The position numbers and the translations under genes were made by a program. From assembly GCA_015680685.1 (NCBI GenBank), contig MNCI01000651.1, positions 1,665,832 through 1,729,831 of the forward strand: 64,000 bases of DNA. The letters run 5' to 3'. Under the pieces are notes generated by a model. It saw only the letters and a list, made by a program, of their open reading frames with translations. It had not been told where the DNA came from and searched no databases. Shown piece after piece: positions 12,651-27,468 of the stretch. Position 1 is the first letter of the stretch. Each line of letters starts with the position of its first letter. Origin of the DNA: Gnetum montanum (taxonomy: Eukaryota > Plantae > Gnetophyta).

Positions 12651-15261
12651 AATGACATCACCTAAATTGAATAGTGTAGGCATCTCTCATGGGCAAGGCA
12701 AACTAAGGAACAAGTCCTTCATATGCACAAATCAAGATATGAATTATTTGAACTTAATGTCAAATGCATGCATAGTCTTCTATGACTCTTGGTGATGTGC
12801 CATTCTTCTTGCTGGGTTCTTTGTGGCTGACCACTAAACTTTAAACTTAAACTTAAGAACCTCAAGCTCTGCATTAGCTATCTCTATTTTTTTCTTAGTT
12901 TTCTTATTAAGATTAAACTCCATCTTGTACAAGAGGTAAGAGCTACTGACTTTCTTCTCTAATTTAGATCTTAGCTAGCCAATAATCAAAATTGTAAGAT
13001 TTTCATAACAAATGTTGTTCAATTCCATATATTCTATCATTATTTAATCTATAACTCCTTCACATGAATTTCTAGTTGATTGTATGCATTTAGTCCATCA
13101 AAGATGGGTAGTCATTCATCAGCATATATTTCCTATCTAGTTTGATCTTCTTCTCATTCATCTTCTTGAGTATGTTGACCTAGTTCCTATAGTGATTTTT
13201 CACTTACTCATATTTAAGGATCTCATTCTTCTAAACGATGATTTCAATAGCTATTTTTTGGTGAATAATTTACGTATTCTCCATTAATAGATTTATGTTC
13301 TCTATGACCAACCTCCTAACATCTTGATTCAATGTAGCGAGTTGTTCCTACTACTACTTAAGGTATTTCTACATTTATTCCTTTTTTTTCTCTACCTTAA
13401 GCAAGCACTAGTTTTTCTTGGTTAGGTTCTTGTTATCATGGTGCATCTAGATGAGATCATTAATGATGATATGGAGGATTTTATCTAATAATGCTACATA
13501 TTAGATACGCTTTTTCTTTCCTTCATTAATCATGTGTTATTGCACTTGAAGGTTTTGAAAAGCTTCATCCCTTATCATCTCTAGCTAGAAGATGGCTAGA
13601 TCTACTGGAAGGGCTCTAAGTTTAGTAACTTAAGCTACAAACCATTGATTAATGATAGTAGCCTCTTGAAGCTATGCTTCTTTAACTAGGAGCTTGCCCC
13701 TTATTTCTAGTAATTTTGACCAAGTTGCTAAGATATCTTTTGAGATATTGAATATCTCTAAAATTGCTTATCCAAATTTCCATTAGTTTTTCCCACACTT
13801 CCTCATGCTACATAGTGATCATTTTCCTACTCCTAGTTCCTATAGATACTTGAATATCTACCATAGTAGTAATATTAATCATGAGTACTATAGGAACCCT
13901 TGGAGCCTATCCAGTCTATTCCATGACCATCTCAACTACTGTCTCGTGGTTTATGTGTGAAATGACTAGAATTGTAGCATCTACCCCTTCTTTTAGGATC
14001 ATAAAGAAGGTTGCAACATTACTTAAGATTTTAGAAAGTCTCTTAAATGACAGAGATACCTTAACTTCCTTTGTAGTAGGATTGGGATGAATAGATGCAT
14101 GTAATCACTATGAGGAGAATAGATTACCTAAATTATTTGATGGCTAGCTAATGATTCTAGTAACCTTGTTCAAATAGCTCATGGTTGGATGATAGATAGA
14201 AGATTTGCCACTACTTCCAGATTCTTGCTACTATTGTCGCTCTCTAAGTGATCTTAGACTCTCTTTAGTTGTAGATGTTTCTTATATAATTGGTGGTAGT
14301 GGTGGTGATTTTTCTTAAACCTTTGCTGGTGCATTTTCTATAATCATCTCCTCCTAAGATGTAGTAAGAGCCTTGTGTAATACATCATTGGCATAGCTAG
14401 CTATCCCTTCCCTTTTATATAATTTTTTGATAAGACATAGAAAGAGGAGAATCTTCTTATCTTTTCATTCTCAAACCACTTCTCAATCTCTAGGAAAATC
14501 AATTAAGGTAGATTGATAGGAAAATTTCCACTTAAAGTAATGTAGAACTGGGAACAGAAAGAGGTGATATTACTTAGTCATACCATTGGATTTAGGTGAT
14601 AGGACAAAATCTTGAAGTAGATTTCCTCCATCTTGGTAAGAGCATTGTACTCCTTGCATTTCACTTCATAGCACTACTATTTATATTTCTTTGCCTAAAC
14701 ATCCACTTGGATGGACATCTTTGCAAGCTTTTCTCAAACATTAGGTAATTCCTAGGTCTCCACTATTACCTCCACTAAGTAGAAGATGATAATGTCCTTG
14801 ATTTTACTTGTTGCATCTCATTGGTGATTTTTTTAGAAGAGATATGTCTCTTCAAGGTACCATTCTCCATTGATAGAAATAGTAGGGCAAATTAGAGATG
14901 CTTGCAACTATGATTTGACTATGTTAGGTGTGAACTCAAGGAGTGTCCAAAGTTTAGCTTTTGAAGAATCATACTCTAGACTTTCTTGCTATGGATCCTT
15001 TCCAAAAATACCTCTCTAAGAGTCACTTTTAGATTTAGCCTAGGTCTAAGTGCTTCATTATACATAGACTATGTGGTTTCAATGGTTGAGATTTGTTAAA
15101 TAGATTCCATCTTTGGTTCCTCCAGTAGGATCTAGTGGCATGTGTTGTTTGGCTACTTGTTGCTACTATTGTTGTTGTTATTATTATCCATGTCCTTTTC
15201 TTGGATGCTTTTCCCTTATTTGTAATGGTTCACTTGCTTGAGGAACTTGCTTAGAAGCCAT
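12651..15261 (-). pseudogene. Extra (env-position) ORF of A0, coiled-coil C-terminus
   Basis: Starts MASKQVPQAS; ~12900-13120 translates as LPIFDGLNAYNQLEIHVKEL...SSSYLLYKMEF, matching ORF 41792-42088 of A2. Confidence 0.75.
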
Positions 15262-16550
15262 CTCTAATCACATGAATTAGACTTTAGTTGTAGGGCACAA
15301 GCATAAGAACCCTTCGATCATTCATGTGTTAGCTAAATTTCAAAAGATATGGTCTTAACACTTTTTTAAGTGGTTACAAATTCTAATGGTTTTGAAGTCC
15401 TAATATAGGTAAGTTCTTTTCACATGTTAAGTTTTAATTAATTTTTCATTATTCATGCCTTGATTATGCCATAATTACCTATGTTCGTTAACTATGAGGT
15501 GTTTTACTTTGTTGGAAAATTAGATGTTAAGTACACACATGACATAAAGCTCAACTCCAGTAGCTCATAGGATTAAAAATGGGTTGAACTGAATTTTTTA
15601 AGGGCAAGTTATTACTCTTGAAAGAGTTTGGGCTTAGAAAACCAAAAAAATCTTTGATGTGTTGGAATGAAAATGATGAAATTTTGGCTAAGTATCATGT
15701 GTGTGTATATATATATATATATTATACTATGTTGATGGGGATGCATTGACATATTTGATTATGTTGACACAACTAATTGACATAATTTATTCTTAATTTT
15801 AAGTGAAATTTTCAAAATTTTAAGTAATTTAAGGATTGAATAAAGGTCAAGAAGAAGATTTAGGGTTGAGGGAAACAATCATGATGTTTCAATGTAGATT
15901 CATGAAGATATAGAAGCTTGAATAATATAAAATAGAAGTTTATGATGACCAAAAAATTTCATGTGAAGCTAAATCAAATAGTAAGGATGCATTCATAATT
16001 AAAATTTCAACTAAATATTATTGGACACATGGTGGTGCATAGATGAGATGTTTAAGAGTTACAAAAGTGAATCCTTTGTAAAGAAATATTATGCCCTTAA
16101 TATCCTTGTATAATCATTTCACATAGTGTTCATAGGCACATTGAAAATTTATTATCATGCTAGTCTATTAGCCATAGCCACATAACCATGATCATCAAAA
16201 TCCCACACTATACCAAACAAAGTCCATTAGATCAACCATAATACTTGGCAAGTAGGTAGTGGTTGGAAAATAAAAGAGATTATAGGAATTTAGATGTGAG
16301 ATATCTTACCAATAATATAATAGGTCCATGTATGAGAATGTGGTTAAATGGTTAGAATACCTTTTCATCTAGGTTTGAGACCAAGTCCATACTTGAACTA
16401 GTGGCATTGCATTACATCATCCCAATCTTACAACTATGAGATCACCACAATTACGATAAACACCATTACTCAAAAATAGAAAAAATGGAAATGGTTAATT
16501 GATTAATTAATTACTAAACATTAATATTAAGAAAAATTGACCATGGGTCA

Positions 16551-16840
16551 GAGAAGTGCCTTTAGGCATGGGTAACATTTAGTTCTAGCCCTATAACGAA
16601 GACTAATCCCATTAGAGGATGGACTTCAAACATGTGTAATATGTCATTTTAGCCATGTAATTGGAATAGTCCAATAGATTTTATTAGGTTCCTAAGAAGT
16701 AGCCTACCTTTAAAGATGGGTAATATGTCTTTCCAATGGTACCTCCAAGAACATTTCTTATTTGAATTAATTAATTGATGTGTTAGCCTTACTAGAGAAC
16801 TACCTTCAGGCATGGGTAATATGTCATTCTATAACATGAC
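16551..16840. repeat. Four degenerate copies of a ~35-40-bp motif (CCTTYAGGCATGGGTAATATGTC)
   Basis: Copies near 16557, 16622, 16705 and 16801 in the INT-to-extra-ORF spacer. Confidence 0.6.
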
Positions 16841-17365
16841 AATGTGACACTTATTCAAGAACATGATTTCATTTAAGATTAAAACATGAGAAATGATACA
16901 ACCACACAATGTGATGAGACTGATAGAAGAAGCTTAAAGAATCAACAAATCCCATTGATGCCACACACTTTTCCATTTCCTCTTAGTTATTCTCCCTTTC
17001 TTGAGATAGATAGATCATAAATTTATTTTAGTTTCAATGTGAAAGAACCATATTACTTCCATGAGGTGGACCTCTTCTTTATAAAAATGGAGGGATGGAT
17101 GTTTTGGACTCATTGCTTTATATCATTATTTACTAGATAACTATTAACATAGAACATACTTTAAATAACAAGATTGGCTTATATAAAAAAATGAATATCC
17201 TTATTTAATTCAATGATAATAATAAATATAGGAATTAAAAAAAATAAATAAGTTAAAGAAATAAAATACTATAAGAAACTAAAATTTTTCAAGAAATGGA
17301 AAACATATGAAAAATGAGAAGAATGATGAAAAACAAAAAGGTTGAAAATGTACCCTTATAAGACA

Positions 17366-18800
17366 TTAGGCTAGATGGATATCTTCCCCATGATTGGGAT
17401 AGAAGGTGGAGATACAAAAAATGTAGTGAGCTTAGCCTTGAATTGAGGTATTATTGTGGGACATGATTACTTAGAAGTCATTGAAAGGTTTCACTTGTTG
17501 CATGTTAACCAGAATAGACTTATTTAGGCTAGTTTGATGATAACTCTTCAAGGAACTAGAGAGAATAGTAGAATGTAAAACTGAAATTAAAATTTTTTAC
17601 TTACATCCACTACGATGCATTGGATATATTAAACCAATGTTAGAATACCTTTTATAGAATTTTTGTTAATTCATAACCTAGTACTATCTAGTAGAATTGA
17701 ACCTTATTGAATCTCTTCTACAATGTTTAAATTTCTTTTGTTGAGGTAAATTGGTTGGATTTCAATAGAGAACCTTGTCTCCTAGTTAAAATTCTACCCT
17801 TTAGATCTTAGCATCATGAAATTATCTTTTATATGCCTTGTACACTTCATTCATCATGAGGACCACTCTTCTATTTTCATTTATTGATTATCTTGTTTAG
17901 GTTTTATGTAATCTCCCTGTTTGTTACTTTTGCTTGATTGTTGGCTTGGGGGTGATAAGGTGCTATAAGTTTCTACTTTACCTCGAAGGTTTGCATCAAG
18001 TTCTTAAATGTGGCACATGTGAAATGGGTTCCATTGTTAGAAATTTATTCTCAAGACATACCAAACATATTTACTATTTATTATTGAAAAACTCAAATTG
18101 TAGTTGTTGAAGTATGGTATGTGATAGTCGTAGCATTTCCCCATTTCATATAGTAATTAATAGTAATAATGATGGAAGATTTACCATTGGATATGGAAGT
18201 GATGAAATCCATGAAGTCAATTTTCTAGAAGTCAAAATGCTCTAGTGGATGAATCCACTTTTAGGATTCTTCCATCTTGGTGGACATGCCTTCATCTCTT
18301 TGGCAATGTTCACAAAAGTGAGCAAAGTGATGGACACCCCTAAAGATTATTACCTAGAAATATTCTACCATTAGGCTTTTCATGACTGTTTACCTTCTAG
18401 TGTAATGACCTCCATAAGAATTCTTGTTAGCATCTTGGAGAATATTTGGCTAATCTTCATTGGGCATAAACCATTGTGCTAGGTCATTAACACAAGTTTT
18501 ATAGAGGTTACCCTCTATCTCCATTTAATGCTTAATTTGGTAGAGGACCTATTGTTTCTTCCTTTAATCCAAATTAGTAAGGATCTCCTATGTGAGTAGA
18601 TAGGAGAGCAAATTAGCATAGCATGTTATTGTTCTCTTAATTGTCACCATAGCTACTTTTGTAAAAAGTAGCTCATCAAGGAATTAGTTGGAAAGGAGAT
18701 TTTCATTAGTCTAGTTATCCCATTGTAATCAAGATATATGATTAGCAACTATATTCTTGGTTCCCTTTCTATCCATAATTGTGAGATCAAACTCCTGCAA
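17366..18800 (-). pseudogene. pol: Integrase remnant of A0
   Basis: QEFDLTIMDRKGTKNIVANHIS; GGHYTRR; PLEHFDF*KIDFM; same C-terminal tail as A1/A2 (LVNMQQVKPF). Confidence 0.85.
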
Positions 18801-18829
18801 ATACCTACAATGATTTTGCTAGACTTTTT

Positions 18830-20512
18830 GGCCTAAAGAATGACCTTTTTTAAGGCATGTGCTCAAAACCACTTGAGTTGTCTTCCATCGATAAATTTAT
18901 GTCTATGCTAGCATTTTTTTTATTGAGGCTGTAGAGGTATTTCACCTTGCATTAGGGATGTAGGTAGTGAAGGTGGGGAGGTGTGTTGTGAATGATGATT
19001 TTGATGATGAGAAGTATATATAGAAGGATATTTAGCTTGAAAAGTGACAATTCTTTGGTACTATGAAGGATAATAGTAATGGATAGATGATGAATGGTGG
19101 AGCCACTGGGTGACAGATTATTGGACATATTATCCATATGGATTTGACTATCTAAAGGGATATTGCTACCTTGGTGGTGGCATTCTTTATGACTATAGTT
19201 TATGTCATTACTAATAGTTAATCTTAAGGTTGATATGGTAGTCCATTTGGATAGTATTATTTTTGTGAAATTGCTGCTTGTAGTTGCCTTGTGCACAAGG
19301 CAATTGCATGGGTGTCTAGATTTTAATAAATCTTGGATTTAAGGCACAAATTCAAACTCTTGTAAGTGTTACATGATTAGAAAGTAAGTGTTAAAATGTT
19401 CATATTTGTAAATATCACACCCATCATCTTTTGATTCAGAGTTTGCAACCTTCTCAACCACATCTACTTTTCCATTTTGATGATAATAGTCCTTTTTCAT
19501 GTTGTTCATTTTCTTTATATGTTTATATTTTTCTCTCCTATATTCTACCTTCTCCTCCATGATCTTCAATGTAGTTTGAAATTTCTCATCAATAAAGTCT
19601 CACATATTATTAACCTTAGTTGATATTTTAGTAACATGTTTTTGGATTGATAAGTTTTTTTACTACAAAACCTTTTCTAATTGTGCTCTTTCACTTGATT
19701 TACATAGAAGAACCTTCTTTTTATGGATGTATAAATATCTATTATACTCCACACTCTTTCTTTTTTTTTTCTCTTCTTCTTTTTATACTTGATCTATAAG
19801 CCTTTGTATCTGATGGGCTCTCATTTTTGATAGTTCCTCTTTGACATAGACTCCAAGATTTTTTTAATTTTCTTTTAGAGTCCATCTATGATGTTGTACA
19901 ATTGTTCCCTTTGAGATAAGACATGTCCTAGTAATCTATGAATTAGACAGTAGTACTTGCCTAAGGCTACATCATGGAACTCATGATTATCTTGTTTACA
20001 TCTTTAATATGTTTTTTCAAGTTGGATACTCTAGAGTATATTTGGTACTTTTCATTGAACAACTCCAACATCATATTCCATCTTTGTATAAATTTTTGTT
20101 TTAAGAAGTGGAACCAGTTTTTAGCTTTTTTGATGAGTATCTTTTGGAAATGTTTGAACTTTTACCAATTGTTCTCAATGTTCTGTAATACATAAGCATT
20201 ATAAAAGGCTTGTAGGTGATGCTTAGGATCAAGATTGTAGAATCCTTTGAATTTAAGGATATTGTTCATATCTAGCCATTTGATCTAGCTATCCCTCTCA
20301 TGTGTGGTAGAAATATAAACTATCTTTCAAATGTTAAGCATACTCATGATAGTAAATAATGGTTTGTCATATGTATGTTCCTTATGATCCCTATCATGGT
20401 CATGCCTCCTATGGCATTGTCTAATATGCCTTATTTTAAAGTGATATCCTCCATCTTTTTTCTCTTGCTTATGCTCTCTTCTCCTGATAGGAGTCCTATT
20501 GGCCATGGCCAA
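18830..20512 (-). pseudogene. gag: gag remnant of A0
   Basis: Homologous to A1 4600-6000 and A2 29450-30900 (FKHFQKILIKKAKNWF; DDGCDIYKYEH). Confidence 0.72.
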
Positions 20513-21759
20513 ATTATATGTTATGGAATGTGATGCAATTTGGTTCTAAGCTTCGAAGATGATGTTGAGTGGATTGCTAAGAATACTTGTGTATTTCATT
20601 GCATTCAATAAATATAAATGAGATTATAATACGTATCATATAATGAAATCCTATGTTGCTATGTTGAGGAGTTGAAAGAATATTTATAATTTTTATGTAT
20701 TATATGAATATTAAAATAAAATAATAATAAACACACACACATCACAATCTTACATGAGGATAGAAATAATCCTTATAAAACTTACATATGTTACAATCCT
20801 TTATAAGAAGGTGTAAAGCCACACATAGAAAGTTATAAATGACTCCTAGTCACAACCTCAATGACCTAACATCATGCCATATGGTTGTAACCTCCTTGGA
20901 TAAGGATGAATCATTGTAAATTGATGAAATAGAAATGAAATAAATATTTTAATTGTTTTAATGTTTTAAGCTATCAATGATTTAGAACAAAAGGAAAACC
21001 ATGAGATTTATTCACTATGTAAACATTAGACTCCACATTGACCAAATGGTTACAGGCTACATAAGCAAGGTAGCATTTTGATAGAGTCTAGCTTTACTTC
21101 TGAAAGTGATGACTTAAAACACATACACTAAATACCAAAAGCTTCAATGGAATCAATAAAAATAGATAGGTTATGAATGTTATGTAAGAGCTCATCTTGG
21201 ATATTTATAGTTTTTGCAAGATAATGGTATAGGTCTACCAACATCCCAGCATCAACAGAGGTTCTTCAACATAGCCTAGGCCATCCTGGGTCATACTATA
21301 GATGAAGTGCATCAAACTAGACATGGTAGGTGATGTGTTAGTGCTCCTGTGTTGGCACAGGGGATGCATTAGCATAGAATAGTGAACACATGTGATATTG
21401 CTCTTTAAACTACCAATCCTAGATAAAATTTGGAACACTAGAGAACATGTATAAAGGACCTTTTAAAACATGCACACAACTTGGAATTATGATATAAGAG
21501 ATAAGGATGCATCTCATAGAGATGCAAAACTTAACCAAACATGCTAGAACTATAACCAAAGGGCATGTGAAATACTTCTTGAGTTCAAGGCTTAAAATAT
21601 ACTTATAAAATGCCATTGGATAGCTCATTATTCCTTGAAGACTAAGCAAACCTAGTTTCATAGCATTAATGTCAAAGAAAAAAATTGGGGTTGAAACACA
21701 TGATAAGATCAATGTGGAGGAATTACAACTATACAAAATATAGACCATGATTATATTGC

Positions 21760-24433
21760 AACATAATCCATCTTACTAAGAAGTATCAGGGGATGGTGGT
21801 TGAGAAAAAAATCCACCATACATGCTTGCTTTGTATGAGAAGAAGGTAGAAGTACTTTGTGTAGATATGTGGAATCTTTGCAATTATGTTTTATGGTCCA
21901 TCATTCTATATTGGAGCTATGGGTTCTTCTCATGCATCATTCATTTCTCTTGTAGCAATGCTTGTCTATGTTCCTCTACATTCACTTGGAACTTCTTGTA
22001 ATTCCTCTTTGCTAGTGAGAGCTCACACTAGGTAACCTTCAAATTGACCACTACTTGATAAAGTATTTCTTCTAGCTTAGTACATGGTATATCTATAGAA
22101 GTTTAAACATGTATAGATATCTATTCCACTTTGTCTAAAAATCTTCGTTTGCCTTCTTAAGTCTCCTCTCAAGGAGTATGATTATTACTTCATGGTGAAG
22201 GATGTATATATTTACTAAGAGATCCATCTTCTCCTGTAGGGTTAACTTACTTATGATCATCTATCAGAGTTTGGTATAAAAGGTGTTGAATTTATCCTTC
22301 ATCTCATATCTTTCTTTAGTTACATGTTTATTCATTAAAGCTATAGGTTTGTATAATCTACATACCTTGACATCCTTATCATTTACTTTGATCAAGTGGA
22401 TATTTTTTAGCTCATTAGTCTCCTTAGTTTTCTTTATTGCCAATTGTTACCACAAGTTCCAGTGATCCTTTTCTATAAAAAGATATTTATCTTGAAATTA
22501 GACCATGATTTGACTCTTATCCTTAAGTCTTCATAGTTTCCAGAAAAGGAAGAGTACTTTCTTTTCTTTTTCTTGGCTCATATTCTTCCATTCTTGGGAT
22601 TGATGCTTTAGCATCTAGATTTTCCTCTCTAAATCATCTTTCATAAATAGGGATTCTTCCCCCACATGCTATACCTTGAATAATTTAGCTTGTAGGTGCT
22701 CAATTTGTACTTGAGATGTAACTGTAGATGCTGTTAGTGAAAATAGTATGATGGTTTCTAATTGCACTTATAACCATCATACCTTTGTGTGGCTCCTTTG
22801 TAGCTCTCTTAGATAGAATGTTCAATTAGCATCAATGGTTTCTAGTTTGACATCTACTTTAATAAGTTAAGTCTTCACTATACCATCAATTTTTTGCTTT
22901 ACTCTTCTTCTACCTAATAACTATTTTCAAGTGGACTAGTGGGTGCCTAGAGGACTTCTAGATCATGTTGGACATTGTGCATGTTGAGCCTTAAGATGTG
23001 CAATGAGGAAATACTCTTTGAGAGAACATAAGTGTCAAACTGAATAGGGCCATCATGATGGATCATGGGTGGATCATTTATTAAAGGAGGAGGAAATGTG
23101 AAAAGATCCTCCTTATATCTTTCCCACCTACAATGAATTCCATCATATCTAAAAATTTACTATCAATATCCTATGATTCCTCAATATGAATTATGATAGC
23201 CTATCCCTCATCTTTAATGTGCATCATAGACTGAAAACTAGCATTGGGAAGGAGTTCTTGGCTTTGCTTGATGCTGAATCTAGTTGGTTAGGAGAGTGAT
23301 TTGCTAGGTCACTGCACTTGCATGTGTTGAAAAGCCTAAGATACCAAAGGTGCTCCTATTGAACATATGCAAAGCTATTTTGATGGTCAAATGCATTATG
23401 CCTTTATGAAAGACATCTTATCTTCCTAATCAGGTACTACCTCAATGAACTTAGAATTTCATCTTGGGATTACCATGATAGAATTCTCCTAATTTTCCAT
23501 TCCTATAGAGGTGGAATGCTTTCCCACATGGTTAAGTACACTTGCTTGTTCTTGAAGCTTTTACATTAACCTTGGAAATACATACATCTCCCTTTTATCA
23601 TAAGAGACATCTTTAATTTTATGAGTTAGGGCCTTGAAAAGAAAATAAGGGATGTTGATGGAATACCTTTCCCTCATTATTATCATAATTTTAGCTCCTC
23701 AACTAAGATTTTTGATGGCCTTTTGGTGGGAAAGAAATTATAGATGATAATCTTGTACATAGCATTCCAGACTACAAAAAGCTCGGATATCTTTACATTT
23801 TCCTTGTTCATATAAAGGCCTTAAGAAGGACATTTATTCTAAGCCTAGGCTTAGTCTTTTGAGTTTGTGACTTCCATTTATTACCTAGCTCATTGGAGAA
23901 TCTTGTGGCTTTGATAATTATCCATGTTAAAATGGGCATAGGGATTCCATCCCAAAATGATATGGTAATATCAGTGAGATAGAAGTCTTCCACCTTTTGT
24001 TATTATCAAACAAAGAATTAGATGATATAGTCATAAAACGCCCATATGTAATAGTGACTTCTTGAGCTTAGGTGAACCAAGCTTAAGGAATTGATGAGAG
24101 TGGTATTCTTCATGGATTAGTCATTGTTACACATCATTTAAATCTACATTTTGTTGTACATCACTAGTCTCCAAATCTTTGTTGGCCAACTTCTCTAACA
24201 CTTTTTTAGTAGCTTACTACTATACACATGCTTTACTAGAATATTGAGAGTGTGATGGTCTTTCTCTTATTCTACCTCTGGATGGAGGACTTTCTAGTAT
24301 TGGTTTGAGATATGGTGATCTATGTTCTTCTTCCTTCTTCTCCTTCAGAATTAGTGATTCATGCATAGATTCATAGATAGAGGATTGAGATCTTTCAACC
24401 TCCTTGCTTCCTGATCTATGAAGTTTAGACCAT
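21760..24433 (-). pseudogene. Decayed extra ORF, putative plant transposon protein (Transposase_32-like), parent element unclear
   Basis: Starts ATG GTC (C/T)AA ACT; ~23560-23700 reads GAKIMIIMRERYSINIPYFLFKALTHKIKDVSYDKREMYVFPRLM; end coordinate approximate. Confidence 0.55.
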
Positions 24434-27400
24434 AATCATCCTAACATGATGATTTGTGAAAGCTACTAAAATCAAGTGGGTTCCCTGGGCATTATATTAC
24501 CATTGTAAAACATGTACATTAGAATAATGATAAACATAACCCTTGGGAACACTAGAAAAACATCATCACAAATATAAAATCATGGTATACATGGGTAAGA
24601 AAAAATTAAGATAGAAAAATTTAAATAACTACCAAGTTCATTAGATACATATCTAGATTGATGCCTCTCCCCCACAATTGAGTTACAAGATACTAGAAGT
24701 AAACCATGCTAATAACACTAATAAGAAGAATAGAAAGTAAAGAATGCAATAAAATTAGTAAATCCAACCTTGTTCTAAAAATTATATAAATTTTTTCTTG
24801 TTTGTGGCATTGGAGGCAAGGATGGGAAAAAAATAAATGGAAAGGAAAAATGCATGCATAATAACTTAAAAGGGTTCTTCTACTTATGATGGTTTGCTGA
24901 TGTAGGGGGTACATCAACTCACCCTGTAGAGAGAGAAAATTCCAAAATTTTAGTCTCCCATGCATTTTTCTTACTTGTAATAGCCTCTAGAGATGCAAAC
25001 AAGAAGATCAACATGTTCAATATATCAAGAATTAACCAAACAAGGTACAAGAAATTCAAGACAACCAAAACATTATAATCTTATCATGGAGGATGTTCAA
25101 GATCATGGAAAAGAGATCGTATGATTATTTTTGTGCATTTCCATGAACCAAGGGCTAGGAAAGAGGGTTTACAGAAATAGAAAAGGATTAGAGCGTAAAA
25201 ATATTTATATATAGGTACAAGTGAGGTAAACTAGGATGGATTTTTCATGATCAAACCTTGAATTTTGTAGAGTCAACACTCATACATGTGAAAGGCTAAT
25301 AAAGTACCTTATTCTATGTAGCTACCACCATCATCAAAGATAAGCTTAAGCTCACTCACTTACAATACAAAGCCACTAAGGATTCACAAGTTGGTACTTC
25401 ACATAGCAATCACCTATGTTTTTTGACGTTATGAGAGGTGTTGATGAAACACCCACAGATTCCCCAAAACTAGTGATACATCAACATCAAACACTAGTTC
25501 ATCCCCTTGCATGGACAAATCTCATTGTTCATTTTATTTGATCAAATTCTTATCACATACAACAATGGAAATGAATAGAAAGAAAGGGATAGAAAATGAA
25601 TGATTGAAAATAAAGATAAGGTAAAAGTACAACATTAGTGGATCCCTAGCCAATCATTCAATTAGCTTATGAGATCATGTGAGCATGTCCTACTTATCAT
25701 GAGAGATCCACTACTACATTCCTTCACTACTACTTATCCATAGAATAAGAATCAACCTCTAAGTCTTCCTTTTAAGCACTAAGTCAAACCTATTACTTGT
25801 GTTATTTAGACTTGATTGTTCATTGTTTTAATCATTGATGAAAACAAACCAAAAAAACATGCCCTAAACATCCATAAGTCAAGATTCTAGTTTGGTTTTC
25901 CTTCATTCATACATCTATGTACAATAGGTTCCTTAAATTTTACTTTACTAGAAACCTCTCATTGATCTGTTAGGTTGTACTAACCAATCCTAATCTCAAT
26001 AGTGATTGCAATGCCATGACCAAGCAATTTGAGTTTTCTAGGTTCATATATTATAATAGTTTAGGTCATAGTTTATGATATTAACCTAGAAATGGATTTA
26101 GAATTTAGATGCAAGTAGCATTAAATATTACTAAAGTTCACTAAGAGAGATACTTCTACAAATTTGTGATCATGGGTAGGAATGAACAAGAGATTGTCTT
26201 AGATTGTTACATTTTGGAAGTCAAGTGATCTAGGTAATAGGTTAACATGAAAAAGGATTCCATCAACATTATTTCAACCACATATTTTAATCTTAAGATT
26301 TTCCTGAGATCATAAGAATACCTATTTGTGTAGATTGATGAGCTTGAAGTTATATTTCTCTTCCCATTACGTCTTCTTATCATCATTTTTATTTTTATTA
26401 TTCTTATTTTTTTCTATCATTTTTCTTTTCTTTTCATTTTTCATGTACTTTTTCATCTTTTCTTTCATGAGAAAATGGGCTTTAGATGGTGCATGAGAAT
26501 CATGAAAATCACTGCAGTGTGGGATCATCATTTGAAGTGTTTGAATTGCAAAAAAATGAGAAATAATCCCTTATTACATGACAAATATAGATCCATGAGA
26601 TCATGAAGCTCTTGTAACCTGGGTGGCTAGGCATGACAAGCACATTCAACTTGGTTCAATTACATTGATTAGACCCATCTAGTGATCAAAAGAACCATTA
26701 ATGACACACCCTTTTCATTACTAGTGACCAAAAACTCTTTCAAGATTATGAAACTCACATCCTAAGATGTGGATTCCCCACATTCTCATGGTTCTATTAG
26801 TATTAGCTTTAACAACTCATACTATGAGTCCTAGTTCCCTATTGAATCTGAGCCTAGATCACTAGTAATAAATAGAGGAAAAATGGATGGATCAATTCTA
26901 TTATTTGAACATTTGATTGATCAAGGATCCACTTTGGACCCATTTGATACTCTTGCATCATCATCACATATGTAACTCACCCATCCACCATTAGGTTTTT
27001 GGATGAATAATTTTAGAATAAATTAATTGATTTTCCTACATGTTGCACTTGAAAAATTTGATCACTAGAAAATTAAAAATTTCAAGTGTGGAATATTTTT
27101 AACCTTGGATCCAAAGGCCTCTAAGAAAGAGGATCCAAGGCACCCTAGATGGTCTTGTCAACTACCCAGGGACATGAGAAGTGTAAATGGATGTATATAA
27201 GTTAAATAAATTTGAAAATTTGAGACAAAGAAAGCACAAAAATTAAATGTGAAATAAATTTAAATCACATATGAACTATAAAATTTATTACAATAATAAA
27301 ATATTGAAAATAAAGAGTTTAGAATGTGTACAAATTATTTTTATGAGTACACAAGGAATTTTCTTAGGTGAAGTTTGAAGCTTGTTGAAGCTACTAGTTT

Positions 27401-27468
27401 TCACTCTATAGTTAGCTCCATGATTTGGGTACCCCCCAACTTCCAACACAAAAAATCCTTATAGGTTT

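Larger units (their letters stand above)
12651..20520 (-). mobile_element. Older Athila-like element (A0), internally deleted (no PR/RT/RH), LTRs not recognised
   Basis: gag, INT and extra-ORF remnants homologous to A1 and A2, in the same order. Confidence 0.8.

Noticed and set aside
15698-15721. (TG)n(TA)n microsatellite
   Set aside because: Short and ordinary.
20563-21243. Possible solo LTR (TGTTG...CAACA)
   Set aside because: Flanks GATGA and TCCCA are not a TSD, and there is no second copy in the window.
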